From the NCBI GenBank assembly GCA_964057225.1, contig OZ059899.1:930001-994000 (forward strand): 64,000 nt of DNA, written 5' to 3'. Shown here one piece after another: positions 26,747 to 41,300 of this stretch. The notes below the pieces were generated by a model that searched no databases, was not told where the DNA came from, and was given only the letters and a program-made list of their open reading frames with translations. The stretch's first letter is position 1. Every line of letters begins with the position of its first letter. The translations under genes were made by a program, and so were the position numbers. This stretch comes from Auanema rhodensis. Lineage: Eukaryota > Animalia > Nematoda.

Positions 26747-29700
26747 TAATTCTTCAGGGTGAAAATCGAGGATATAAGTGTGAACTTATATCAGTTGATA
26801 TCTCGGTGCATTTTTAAGCTAGCGCAAATCTGATAACACAGATCGACGCAGCTCAAAAATCCGCATCGAATGCACTATACTACATTGAGAAACGCTTAAT
26901 ACAAAAATTAGTTATGATCGTTTGAAAAATGATGCATTAGTGTATGTTGAGTTTCCATGTACACTCAACATTGCTTCCAAAAACATTTTGACAAAAATTT
27001 TTTCGAAAAATTTCAAATTAATTTAGCAGAAAGTAGATGTTTTTAGATTCCGTTTTTCAAGGCAAAGACGATGGACAATGTTATTCAACGAAAAAAATAA
27101 TTCTTCAGGGTGAAAATCGAGGATATAAGTGTGAACTTATATCAATTGATATCTCGGTGCTTTTTTAAGCTAGCGCAAATCTGATAACACAGATCGATGC
27201 AGCTCAAAAATCCGCATCGAATGCACTATACTACATTGAGAAACGCTTAATACAAAAATTAGTTATGATCGTTTGGAAAATGATGCATTAGTGTATGTTG
27301 AGTTTCCATGTACACTCAACATTGCTTCCAAAAACATTTTGACAAAAATTTTTTCGAAAAATTTCAAGATAATTTAGCGAAAAGTAGATGTTTTTAGATT
27401 CCGTTTTTCAAGGCAAAGACGATGGACAATGTTATTCAACGAAAAAATTAATTCTTCAGGGTGAAAATCGAGGATATAAGTGTGAACTTATATCAGTTGA
27501 TATCTCGGTGCATTTTCAAGCTAGCGCAAATCTGATAACACAGATCGACGCAGCTCAAAAATCCGCATCGAATGCACTATACTACATTAAGAAACGCTTA
27601 ATACAAAAATCAGTTATGATCGTTTGAAAAATGATGCATTAGTGTATGTTGAGTTTCCATGTACACTCAACATTGCTTCCAAAAACATTTTGACAAAAAT
27701 TTTTTCGAAAAATTTCAAAATAATTTAGCGAAAAGTAGATGTTTTAAGATTCCGTTTTTCAAGGCAAAGACGATGGACAATGTTATTCATCGAAAAAATT
27801 AATTCTTCAGGGTGAAAATCGAGGTTATAAGTGTGAACTTATATCAGTTGATATCTCGGTGCATTTTCAAGCTAGCGCAAATCTGATAACACAGATCGAC
27901 GCAGCTCAAAAATCCGCATCGAATGCACTATACTACATTGAGAAACGCTTAATACAAAAATTAGTTATGATCGTTTGAAAAATGATGCATTAGTGTATGT
28001 TGAGTTTCCATGTACACTCAACATTGCTTCCAAAAACATTTTGACAAAAATTTTTTCGAAAAATTTCAAATTAATTTAGCAAAAAGTAGATGTTCTTAGA
28101 TTCCGTTTTTCAAGGCAAAGACGATGGACAATGTTATTCAACGAAAAAAATAATTCTTCAGGGTGAAAATCGAGGATATAAGTGTGAACTTATATCAGTT
28201 GATATCTCGGTGCTTTTTTAAGCTAGCGCAAATCTGATAACACAGATCGACGCAGCTCAAAAATCCGCATCGAATGCACTATACTACATTGAGAAACGCT
28301 TAATACAAAAATTAGTTATGATTGTTTGAAAAATGATGCATTAGTGTATGTTGAGTTTCCATGTACACTCAACATTGCTTCCAAAAACATTTTGACAAAA
28401 ATTTTTTCGAAAACTTTCAAGATAATTTAGCGAAAAGTAGATGTTTTTAGATTCCGTTTTTCAAGGCAAAGACGATGGACAATGTTATTCAACGAAAAAA
28501 TTAATTCTTCAGGGTGAAAATCGAGGATATAAGTGTGAACTTATATCAGTTGATATCTCGGTGCATTTTCAAGCTAGCGCAAATCTGATAACACAGATCG
28601 ACGCAGCTCAAAAATCCGCATCGAATGCACTATATTACATTGAGAAACGCTTAATACAAAATTTAGTTATGATCGTTTGAAAAATGATGCATTAGTGTAT
28701 GTTGAGTTTCCATGTACACTCAACATTGCTTCCAAAAACATTTTGACAAAAATTTTTTCGAAAAATTTCAAAATAATTTAGCAAAAAGTAGATGTTTTTA
28801 GATTCCGTTTTTCAAAGCAAAGACGATGGACAATGTTATTCAACGAAAAAAATAATTCTTCAGGGTGAAAATCGAGGATATAAGTGTGAACTTATATCAG
28901 TTGATATCTCGGTGCTTTTTTAAGCTAGCGCAAATCTGATAACACAGATCGACGCAGCTTAAAAATCCGCATCGAATGCACTATACTACATTGAGAAACG
29001 CTTAATACAAAATTTAGTTATGATCGTTTGAAAAATGATGCATTAGTGTATGTTGAGTTTCCATGTACACTCAACATTGCTTCCAAAAACATTTTGACAA
29101 AAATTTTTTCGAAAAATTTCAAAATAATTTAGCAAAAAGTAGATGTTTTTAGATTCCGTTTTTCAAAGCAAAGACGATGGACAATGTTATTCAACGAAAA
29201 AAATAATTCTTCAGGGTGAAAATCGAGGATATAAGTGTGAACTTATATCAGTTGATATCTCGGTGCATTTTTAAGCTAGCGCAAATCTGATAACACAGAT
29301 CGACGCAGCTCAAAAATCCGCATTGAATGCACTATACTACATTGAGAAACGCTCAATACAAAAATTAGTTATGATCGTTTGAAAAATGATGCATTAGTGT
29401 ATGTTGAGTTTCCATGTACACTCAACATTGCTTCCAAAAACATTTTGACAAAAATTTTTTCGAAAAATTTCAAGATAATTTAGCGAAAAGTAGATGTTTT
29501 TAGATTCCGTTTTTCAAGGCAAAGACGATGGACAATGTTATTCAACGAAAAAATTAATTCTTCAGGGTGAAAATCGAGGATATAAGTGTGAACTTATATC
29601 AGTTGATATCTCGGTGCATTTTTAAGCTAGCGCAAATCTGATAACACAGATCGACGCAGCTCAAAAATCCGCATCGAATGCACTATACTACATTGAGAAA

Positions 29701-32430
29701 CGCTTAATACAAAAATTAGTTATGATCGTTTGAAAAATGATGCATTAGTGTATGTTGAGTTTCCATGTACACTCAACATTGCTTCCAAAAACATTTTGAC
29801 AAAAATTTTTTCGAAAAATTTCAAATTAATTTAGCAGAAAGTAGATGTTTTTAGATTCCGTTTTTCAAGGCAAAGACGATGGACAATGTTATTCAACGAA
29901 AAAAATAATTCTTCAGGGTGAAAATCGAGGATATAAGTGTGAACTTATATCAATTGATATCTCGGTGCTTTTTTAAGCTAGCGCAAATCTGATAACACAG
30001 ATCGATGCAGCTCAAAAATCCGCATCGAATGCACTATACTACATTGAGAAACGCTTAATACAAAAATTAGTTATGATCGTTTGGAAAATGATGCATTAGT
30101 GTATGTTGAGTTTCCATGTACACTCAACATTGCTTCCAAAAACATTTTGACAAAAATTTTTTCGAAAAATTTCAAGATAATTTAGCGAAAAGTAGATGTT
30201 TTTAGATTCCGTTTTTCAAGGCAAAGACGATGGACAATGTTATTCAACGAAAAAATTAATTCTTCAGGGTGAAAATCGAGGATATAAGTGTGAACTTATA
30301 TCAGTTGATATCTCGGTGCATTTTCAAGCTAGCGCAAATCTGATAACACAGATCGACGCAGCTCAAAAATCCGCATCGAATGCACTATACTACATTAAGA
30401 AACGCTTAATACAAAAATCAGTTATGATCGTTTGAAAAATGATGCATTAGTGTATGTTGAGTTTCCATGTACACTCAACATTGCTTCCAAAAACATTTTG
30501 ACAAAAATTTTTTCGAAAAATTTCAAAATAATTTAGCGAAAAGTAGATGTTTTAAGATTCCGTTTTTCAAGGCAAAGACGATGGACAATGTTATTCATCG
30601 AAAAAATTAATTCTTCAGGGTGAAAATCGAGGTTATAAGTGTGAACTTATATCAGTTGATATCTCGGTGCATTTTCAAGCTAGCGCAAATCTGATAACAC
30701 AGATCGACGCAGCTCAAAAATCCGCATCGAATGCACTATACTACATTGAGAAACGCTTAATACAAAAATTAGTTATGATCGTTTGAAAAATGATGCATTA
30801 GTGTATGTTGAGTTTCCATGTACACTCAACATTGCTTCCAAAAACATTTTGACAAAAATTTTTTCGAAAAATTTCAAATTAATTTAGCAAAAAGTAGATG
30901 TTCTTAGATTCCGTTTTTCAAGGCAAAGACGATGGACAATGTTATTCAACGAAAAAAATAATTCTTCAGGGTGAAAATCGAGGATATAAGTGTGAACTTA
31001 TATCAGTTGATATCTCGGTGCTTTTTTAAGCTAGCGCAAATCTGATAACACAGATCGACGCAGCTCAAAAATCCGCATCGAATGCACTATACTACATTGA
31101 GAAACGCTTAATACAAAAATTAGTTATGATTGTTTGAAAAATGATGCATTAGTGTATGTTGAGTTTCCATGTACACTCAACATTGCTTCCAAAAACATTT
31201 TGACAAAAATTTTTTCGAAAACTTTCAAGATAATTTAGCGAAAAGTAGATGTTTTTAGATTCCGTTTTTCAAGGCAAAGACGATGGACAATGTTATTCAA
31301 CGAAAAAATTAATTCTTCAGGGTGAAAATCGAGGATATAAGTGTGAACTTATATCAGTTGATATCTCGGTGCATTTTCAAGCTAGCGCAAATCTGATAAC
31401 ACAGATCGACGCAGCTCAAAAATCCGCATCGAATGCACTATATTACATTGAGAAACGCTTAATACAAAATTTAGTTATGATCGTTTGAAAAATGATGCAT
31501 TAGTGTATGTTGAGTTTCCATGTACACTCAACATTGCTTCCAAAAACATTTTGACAAAAATTTTTTCGAAAAATTTCAAAATAATTTAGCAAAAAGTAGA
31601 TGTTTTTAGATTCCGTTTTTCAAAGCAAAGACGATGGACAATGTTATTCAACGAAAAAAATAATTCTTCAGGGTGAAAATCGAGGATATAAGTGTGAACT
31701 TATATCAGTTGATATCTCGGTGCTTTTTTAAGCTAGCGCAAATCTGATAACACAGATCGACGCAGCTTAAAAATCCGCATCGAATGCACTATACTACATT
31801 GAGAAACGCTTAATACAAAATTTAGTTATGATCGTTTGAAAAATGATGCATTAGTGTATGTTGAGTTTCCATGTACACTCAACATTGCTTCCAAAAACAT
31901 TTTGACAAAAATTTTTTCGAAAAATTTCAAAATAATTTAGCAAAAAGTAGATGTTTTTAGATTCCGTTTTTCAAAGCAAAGACGATGGACAATGTTATTC
32001 AACGAAAAAAATAATTCTTCAGGGTGAAAATCGAGGATATAAGTGTGAACTTATATCAGTTGATATCTCGGTGCATTTTTAAGCTAGCGCAAATCTGATA
32101 ACACAGATCGACGCAGCTCAAAAATCCGCATTGAATGCACTATACTACATTGAGAAACGCTCAATACAAAAATTAGTTATGATCGTTTGAAAAATGATGC
32201 ATTAGTGTATGTTGAGTTTCCATGTACACTCAACATTGCTTCCAAAAACATTTTGACAAAAATTTTTTCGAAAAATTTCAAGATAATTTAGCGAAAAGTA
32301 GATGTTTTTAGATTCCGTTTTTCAAGGCAAAGACGATGGACAATGTTATTCAACGAAAAAATTAATTCTTCAGGGTGAAAATCGAGGATATAAGTGTGAA
32401 CTTATATCAGTTGATATCTCGGTGCATTTT
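26747..32430. repeat. Tandem duplication of an 8-monomer (2808-bp) higher-order unit
   Basis: Rare variants repeat at +2808: GCAGAAAG (~27027/29835), CAAAAATCAGTT (ORFs 27388/30196, QKSV), and AAACTTTC plus TATATTAC (ORFs 28441/31249, QNLV). Confidence 0.9.
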
Positions 32431-35400
32431 CAAGCTAGCGCAAATCTGATAACACAGATCGACGCAGCTCAAAAATCCGCATCGAATGCACTATACTACA
32501 TTAAGAAACGCTTAATACAAAAATTAGTTATGATCGTTTGAAAAATGATGCATTAGTGTATGTTGAGTTTCCATGTACACTCAACATTGCTTCCAAAAAC
32601 ATTTTGACAAAAATTTTTTCGAAAAATTTCAAAATAATTTAGCGAAAAGTAGATGTTTTAAGATTCCGTTTTTCAAGGCAAAGACGATGGACAATGTTAT
32701 TCATTGAAAAAATTAATTCTTCAGGGTGAAAATCGAGGTTATAAGTGTGAACTTATATCAGTTGATATCTCGGTGCATTTTCAAGCTAGCGCAAATCTGA
32801 TAACACAGATCGACGCAGCTCAAAAATCCGCATCGAATGCACTATACTACATTAAGAAACGCTTAATACAAAAACTAGTTATGATCGTTTGAAAAATGAT
32901 GCATTAGTGTATGTTGAGTTTCCATGTACACTCAACATTGCTTCCAAAAACATTTTGACAAAAATTTTTTCGAAAAATTTCAAATTAATTTAGCAAAAAA
33001 TAGATGTTCTTAGATTCCGTTTTTCAAGGCAAAGACGATGGACAATGTTATTCAACGAAAAAAATAATTCTTCAGGGTGAAAATCGAGGATATAAGTGTG
33101 AACTTATATCAGTTGATATCTCGGTGCATTTTCAAGCTAGCGCAAATCTGATAACACAGATCGACGCAGCTCAAAAATCCGCATCGAATGCACTATACTA
33201 CATTGAGAAACGCTTAATACAAAAATTAGTTATGATTGTTTGAAAAATGATGCATTAGTGTATGTTGAGTTTCCATGTACACTCAACATTGCTTCCAAAA
33301 ACATTTTGACAAAAATTTTTTCGAAAAATTTCAAAATAATTTAGCAAAAAGTAGATGTTTTTAGATTCCGTTTTTCAAGGCAAAGACGATGGACAATGTT
33401 ATTCAACGAAAAAAATAATTCTTCAGGGTGAAAATCGAGGATATAAGTGTGAACTTATATCAGTTGATATCTCGGTGCATTTTTAAGCTAGCGCAAATCT
33501 GATAACACAGATCGACGCAGCTCAAAAATCCGCATTGAATGCACTATACTACATTGAGAAACGCTCAATACAAAAATTAGTTATGATCGTTTGAAAAATG
33601 ATGCATTAGTGTATGTTGAGTTTCCATGTACACTCAACATTGCTTCCAAAAACATTTTGACAAAAATTTTTTCGAAAAATTTCAAGATAATTTAGCGAAA
33701 AGTAGATGTTTTTAGATTCCGTTTTTCAAGGCAAAGACGATGGACAATGTTATTCAACGAAAAAATTAATTCTTCAGGGTGAAAATCGAGGATATAAGTG
33801 TGAACTTATATCAGTTGATATCTCGGTGCATTTTCAAGCTAGCGCAAATCTGATAACACAGATCGACGCAGCTCAAAAATCCGCATCGAATGCACTATAC
33901 TACATTAAGAAACGCTTAATACAAAAATTAGTTATGATCGTTTGAAAAATGATGCATTAGTGTATGTTGAGTTTCCATGTACACTCAACATTGCTTCCAA
34001 AAACATTTTGACAAAAATTTTTTCGAAAAATTTCAAAATAATTTAGCGAAAAGTAGATGTTTTAAGATTCCGTTTTTTAAGGCAAAGACGATGGACAATG
34101 TTATTCATCGAAAAAATTAATTCTTCAGGGTGAAAATCGAGGTTATAAGTGTGAACTTATATCAGTTGATATCTCGGTGCATTTTCAAGCTAGCGCAAAT
34201 CTGATAACACAGATCGACGCAGCTCAAAAATCCGCATCGAATGCACTATACTACATTGAGAAACGCTTAATACAAAAATTAGTTATGATCGTTTGAAAAA
34301 TGATGCATTAGTGTATGTTGAGTTTCCATGTACACTCAACATTGCTTCCAAAAACATTTTGACAAAAATTTTTTCGAAAAATTTCAAATTAATTTAGCAA
34401 AAAATAGATGTTCTTAGATTCCGTTTTTCAAGGCAAAGACGATGGACAATGTTATTCAACGAAAAAAATAATTCTTCAGGGTGAAAATCGAGGATATAAG
34501 TGTGAACTTATATCAGTTGATATCTCGGTGCTTTTTTAAGCTAGCGCAAATCTGATAACACAGATCGACGCAGCTCAAAAATCCGCATCGAATGCACTAT
34601 ACTACATTGAGAAACGCTTAATACAAAAATTAGTTATGATTGTTTGAAAAATGATGCATTAGTGTATGTTGAGTTTCCATGTACACTCAACATTGCTTCC
34701 AAAAACATTTTGACAAAAATTTTTTCGAAAAATTTCAAGATAATTTAGCGAAAAGTAGATGTTTTTAGATTCCGTTTTTCAAGGCAAAGACGATGGACAA
34801 TGTTATTCAACGAAAAAATTAATTCTTCAGGGTGAAAATCGAGGATATAAGTGTGAACTTATATCAGTTGATATCTCGGTGCTTTTTTAAGCTAGCGCAA
34901 ATCTGATAACACAGATCGACGCAGCTTAAAAATCCGCATCGAATGCACTATACTACATTGAGAAACGCGTAATACAAAATTTAGTTATGATCGTTTGAAA
35001 AATGATGCATTAGTGTATGTTGAGTTTCCATGTACACTCAACATTGCTTCCAAAAACATTTTGACAAAAATTTTTTCGAAAAATTTCAAGATAATTTAGC
35101 GAAAAGTAGATGTTTTTAGATTCCGTTTTTCAAGGCAAAGACGATGGACATTGTTATTCAACGAAAAAATTAATTCTTCAGGGTGAAAATCGAGGATATA
35201 AGTGTGAACTTATATCAGTTGATATCTCGGTGCTTTTTTAAGCTAGCGCAAATCTGATAACACAGATCGACGCAGCTTAAAAATCCGCATCGAATGCACT
35301 ATACTACATTGAGAAACGCGTAATACAAAATTTAGTTATGATCGTTTGAAAAATGATGCATTAGTGTATGTTGAGTTTCCATGTACACTCAACATTGCTT

Positions 35401-38258
35401 CCAAAAACATTTTGACAAAAATTTTTTCGAAAAATTTCAAGATAATTTAGCGAAAAGTAGATGTTTTTAGATTCCGTTTTTCAAGGCAAAGACGATGGAC
35501 AATGTTATTCAACGAAAAAATTAATTCTTCAGGGTGAAAATCGAGGATATAAGTGTGAACATATATCAGTTGATATCTCGGTGCATTTTCAAGCTAGCGC
35601 AAATCTGATAACACAGATCGACGCAGCTCAAAAATCCGCATCGAATTCACTATACTACATTGAGAAACGCTTAATACAAAAATTAGTTATGATCGTTTGA
35701 AAAATGATGCATTAGTGTATGTTGAGTTTCCATGTACACTCAACATTGCTTCCAAAAACATTTTGACAAAAATTTTTTCGAAAAATTTCAAAATAATTTA
35801 GCAAAAAGTAGATGTTTTTAGATTCCGTTTTTCAAGGCAAAGACGATGGACAATGTTATTCAACGAAAAAAATAATTCTTCAGGGTGAAAATCGAGGATA
35901 TAAGTGTGAACTTATATCAGTTGATATCTCGGTGCATTTTCAAGCTAGCGCAAATCTGATAACACAGATCGACGCAGCTCAAAAATCCGCATCGAATGCA
36001 CTATACTACATTGAGAAACGCTTAATACAAAAATTAGTTATGATCGTTTGAAAAATGATGCATTAGTGTATGTTGAGTTTCCATGTACACTCAACATTGC
36101 TTCCAAAAACATTTTGACAAAAATTTTTTCGAAAAATTTCAAGATAATTTAGCGAAAAGTAGATGTTTTTAGATTCCGTTTTTCAAGGCAAAGACGATGG
36201 ACAATGTTATTCAACGAAAAAATTAATTCTTCAGGGTGAAAATCGAGGATATAAGTGTGAACTTATATCAGTTGATATCTCGGTGCATTTTCAAGCTAGC
36301 GCAAATCTGATAACACAGATCGACGCAGCTCAAAAATCCGCATCGAATGCACTATACTACATTGAGAAACGCTTAATACAAAAATTAGTTATGATCGTTT
36401 GAAAAATGATGCATTAGTGTATGTTGAGTTTCCATGTACACTCAACATTGCTTCCAAAAACATTTTGACAAAAATTTTTTCAAAAAATTTCAAAATAATT
36501 TAGCAAAAAGTAGATGTTTTTAGATTCCGTTTTTCAAGGCAAAGACGATGGACAATGTTATTCAACGAAAAAAATAATTCTTCAGGGTGAAAATCGAGGA
36601 TATAAGTGTGAACTTATATCAGTTGATATCTCGGTGCTTTTTTAAGCTAGCGCAAATCTGATAACACAGATCGACGCAGCTTGAAAATCCGCATCGAATG
36701 CACTATACTACATTGAGAAACGCTTAATACAAAAATTAGTTATGATCGTTTGAAAAATGATGCATTAGTGTATGTTGAGTTTCCATGTACACTCAACATT
36801 GCTTCCAAAAACATTTTGACAAAAATTTTTTCGAAAAATTTCAAGATAATTTAGCGAAAAGTAGATGTTTTTAGATTCCGTTTTTCAAGGCAAAGACGAT
36901 GGACAATGTTATTCAACGAAAAAAATAATTCTTCAGGGTGAAAATCGAGGATATAAGTGTGAACTTATATCAGTTGATATCTCGGTGCTTTTTTAAGCTA
37001 GCGCAAATCTGATAACACAGATCGACGCAGCTTAAAAATCCGCATCGAATGCACTATACTACATTGAGAAACGCTTAATACAAAATTTAGTTATGATCGT
37101 TTGAAAAATGATGCATTAGTGTATGTTGAGTTTCCATGTACACTCAACATTGCTTCCAAAAACATTTTGACAAAAATTTTTTCGAAAAATTTCAAAATAA
37201 TTTAGCAAAAAGTAGATGTTTTTAGATTCCGTTTTTCAAAGCAAAGACGATGGACAATGTTATTCAACGAAAAAAATAATTCTTCAGGGTGAAAATCGAG
37301 GATATAAGTGTGAACTTATATCAGTTGATATCTCGGTGCTTTTTTAAGCTAGCGCAAATCTGATAACACAGATCGACGCAGCTCAAAAATCCGCATCGAA
37401 TGCACTATACTACATTGAGAAACGCTCAATACAAAAATTAGTTATGATCGTTTGAAAAATGATGCATTAGTGTATGTTGAGTTTCCATGTACACTCAACA
37501 TTGCTTCCAAAAACATTTTGACAAAAATTTTTTCGAAAAATTTCAAAATAATTTAGCAAAAAGTAGATGTTTTTAGATTCCGTTTTTCAAAGCAAAGACG
37601 ATGGACAATGTTATTCAACGAAAAAAATAATTCTTCAGGGTGAAAATCGAGGATATAAGTGTGAACTTATATCAGTTGATATCTCGGTGCATTTTTAAGC
37701 TAGCGCAAATCTGATAACACAGATCGACGCAGCTCAAAAATCCGCATTGAATGCACTATACTACATTGAGAAACGCTCAATACAAAAATTAGTTATGATC
37801 GTTTGAAAAATGATGCATTAGTGTATGTTGAGTTTCCATGTACACTCAACATTGCTTCCAAAAACATTTTGACAAAAATTTTTTCGAAAAATTTAAAAAT
37901 AATTTAGCAAAAAGTAGATGTTTTTAGATTCCTTTTTTCAAGGCGAAGACGATGGACAATGTTATTCAACGAAAAAAATAATTCTTCAGGGTGAAAATCG
38001 AGGATATAAGTGTGAACTTATATCAGTTGATATCTCGGTGCATTTTTAAGCTAGCGCAAATCTGATAACACAGATCGACGCAGCTTAAAAATCCGCATCG
38101 AATGCACTATACTACATTGAGAAACGCTTAATACAAAAATTAGTTATGATCGTTTGAAAAATGATGCATTAGTGTATGTTGAGTTTCCATGTACACTCAA
38201 CATTGCTTCCAAAAACATTTTGACAAAAATTTTTTCAAAAAATTTCAAAATAATTTAG

Positions 38259-38368
38259 CAAAAAGTAGATGTTTTTAGATTCCGTTTTTCAAGGCAAAGA
38301 CGATGGACAATGTTATTCAACGAAACATTTTGACAAAAATTTTTTCGAAAAATTTCAAGATAATTTAG
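38259..38368. repeat. Truncated 110-bp monomer (241-bp internal deletion)
   Basis: The junction TTCAACGAAA|CATTTTGAC near 38325 joins offset ~67 to offset ~309. ORF spacing 36163 to 39783 is 3620 = 10x351+110. Confidence 0.95.
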
Positions 38369-41300
38369 CGAAAAGTAGATGTTTTTAGATTCCGTTTTTC
38401 AAGGCAAAGACGATGGACAATGTTATTCAACGAAAAAAATAATTCTTCAGGGTGAAAATCGAGGATATAAGTGTGAACTTATATCAGTTGATATCTCGGT
38501 GCTTTTTTAAGCTAGCGCAAATCTGATAACACAGATCGACGCAGCTTAAAAATCCGCATCGAATGCACTATACTACATTGAGAAACGCTTAATACAAAAT
38601 TTAGTTATGATCGTTTGAAAAATGATGCATTAGTGTATGTTGAGTTTCCATGTACACTCAACATTGCTTCCAAAAACATTTTGACAAAAATTTTTTCGAA
38701 AAATTTCAAAATAATTTAGCAAAAAGTAGATGTTTTTAGATTCCGTTTTTCAAAGCAAAGACGATGGACAATGTTATTCAACGAAAAAAATAATTCTTCA
38801 GGGTGAAAATCGAGGATATAAGTGTGAACTTATATCAGTTGATATCTCGGTGCTTTTTTAAGCTAGCGCAAATCTGATAACACAGATCGACGCAGCTCAA
38901 AAATCCGCATCGAATGCACTATACTACATTGAGAAACGCTCAATACAAAAATTAGTTATGATCGTTTGAAAAATGATGCATTAGTGTATGTTGAGTTTCC
39001 ATGTACACTCAACATTGCTTCCAAAAACATTTTGACAAAAATTTTTTCGAAAAATTTCAAAATAATTTAGCAAAAAGTAGATGTTTTTAGATTCCGTTTT
39101 TCAAAGCAAAGACGATGGACAATGTTATTCAACGAAAAAAATAATTCTTCAGGGTGAAAATCGAGGATATAAGTGTGAACTTATATCAGTTGATATCTCG
39201 GTGCATTTTTAAGCTAGCGCAAATCTGATAACACAGATCGACGCAGCTCAAAAATCCGCATTGAATGCACTATACTACATTGAGAAACGCTCAATACAAA
39301 AATTAGTTATGATCGTTTGAAAAATGATGCATTAGTGTATGTTGAGTTTCCATGTACACTCAACATTGCTTCCAAAAACATTTTGACAAAAATTTTTTCG
39401 AAAAATTTAAAAATAATTTAGCAAAAAGTAGATGTTTTTAGATTCCTTTTTTCAAGGCGAAGACGATGGACAATGTTATTCAACGAAAAAAATAATTCTT
39501 CAGGGTGAAAATCGAGGATATAAGTGTGAACTTATATCAGTTGATATCTCGGTGCATTTTTAAGCTAGCGCAAATCTGATAACACAGATCGACGCAGCTT
39601 AAAAATCCGCATCGAATGCACTATACTACATTGAGAAACGCTTAATACAAAAATTAGTTATGATCGTTTGAAAAATGATGCATTAGTGTATGTCGAGTTT
39701 CCATGTACACTCAACATTGCTTCCAAAAACATTTTGACAAAAATTTTTTCGAAAAATTTCAAGATAATTTAGCGAAAAGTAGATGTTTTCAGATTCTTTT
39801 TTTCAAGGCAAAGACGATGGACAATGTTATTCAACGAAAAAATTAAATCTTCAGGGTAAAAATCGAGGATATAAGTGTGAACTTATATCAGTTGATATCT
39901 CGGTGCATTTTCAAGCTAGCGCAAATCTGATAACACAGATCGACGCAGCTCAAAAATCCGCATCGAATGCACTATACTACATTGAGAAACGCTTAATACA
40001 AAAATTAGTTATGATCGTTTGAAAAATGATGCATTAGTGTATGTTGAGTTTCCATGTACACTCAACATTGCTTCCAAAAACATTTTGACAAAAATTTTTT
40101 CGAAAAATTTCAAGATAATTTAGCGAAAAGTAGATGTTTTTAGATTCCGTTTTTCAAGGCAAAGACGATGGACAATGTTATTCAACGAAAAAATTAATTC
40201 TTCAGGGTGAAAATCGAGGATATAAGTGTGAACTTATATCAGTTGATATCTCGGTGCATTTTCAAGCTAGCGCAAATCTGATAACACAGATCGACGCAGC
40301 TCAAAAATCCGCATCGAATGCACTATACTACATTGAGAAACGCTTAATACAAAAATTAGTTATGATCGTTTGAAAAATGATGCATTAGTGTATGTTGAGT
40401 TTCCATGTACACTCAACATTGCTTCCAAAAACATTTTGACAAAAATTTTTTCGAAAAATTTCAAAATAATTTAGCAAAAAGTAGATGTTTTTAGATTCCG
40501 TTTTTCAAGGCAAAGACGATGGACAATGTTATTTAACGAAAAAAATAATTCTTCAGGGTGAAAATCGAGGATATAAGTGTGAACTTATATCAGTTGATAT
40601 CTCGGTGCTTTTTTAAGCTAGCGCAAATCTGATAACACAGATCGACGCAGCTTAAAAATCCGCATCGAATGCACTATACTACATTGAGAAACGCTTAATA
40701 CAAAATTTAGTTATGATCGTTTGAAAAATGATGCATTAGTGTATGTTGAGTTTCCATGTACACTCAACATTGCTTCCAAAAACATTTTGACAAAAATTTT
40801 TTCGAAAAATTTCAAAATAATTTAGCAAAAAGTAGATGTTTTTAGATTCCGTTTTTCAAAGCAAAGACGATGAACAATGTTATTCAACGAAAAAAATAAT
40901 TCTTCAGGGTGAAAATCGAGGATATAAGTGTGAACTTATATCAGTTGATATCTCGGTGCATTTTTAAGCTAGCGCAAATCTGATAACACAGATCGACGCA
41001 GCTCAAAAATCCGCATTGAATGCACTATACTACATTGAGAAACGCTCAATACAAAAATTAGTTATGATCGTTTGAAAAATGATGCATTAGTGTATGTTGA
41101 GTTTCCATGTACACTCAACATTGCTTCCAAAAACATTTTGACAAAAATTTTTTCGAAAAATTTCAAGATAATTTAGCGAAAAGTAGATGTTTTTAGATTC
41201 CGTTTTTCAAGGCAAAGACGATGGACAATGTTATTCAACGAAAAAATTAATTCTTCAGGGTGAAAATCGAGGATATAAGTGTGAACTTATATCAGTTGAT

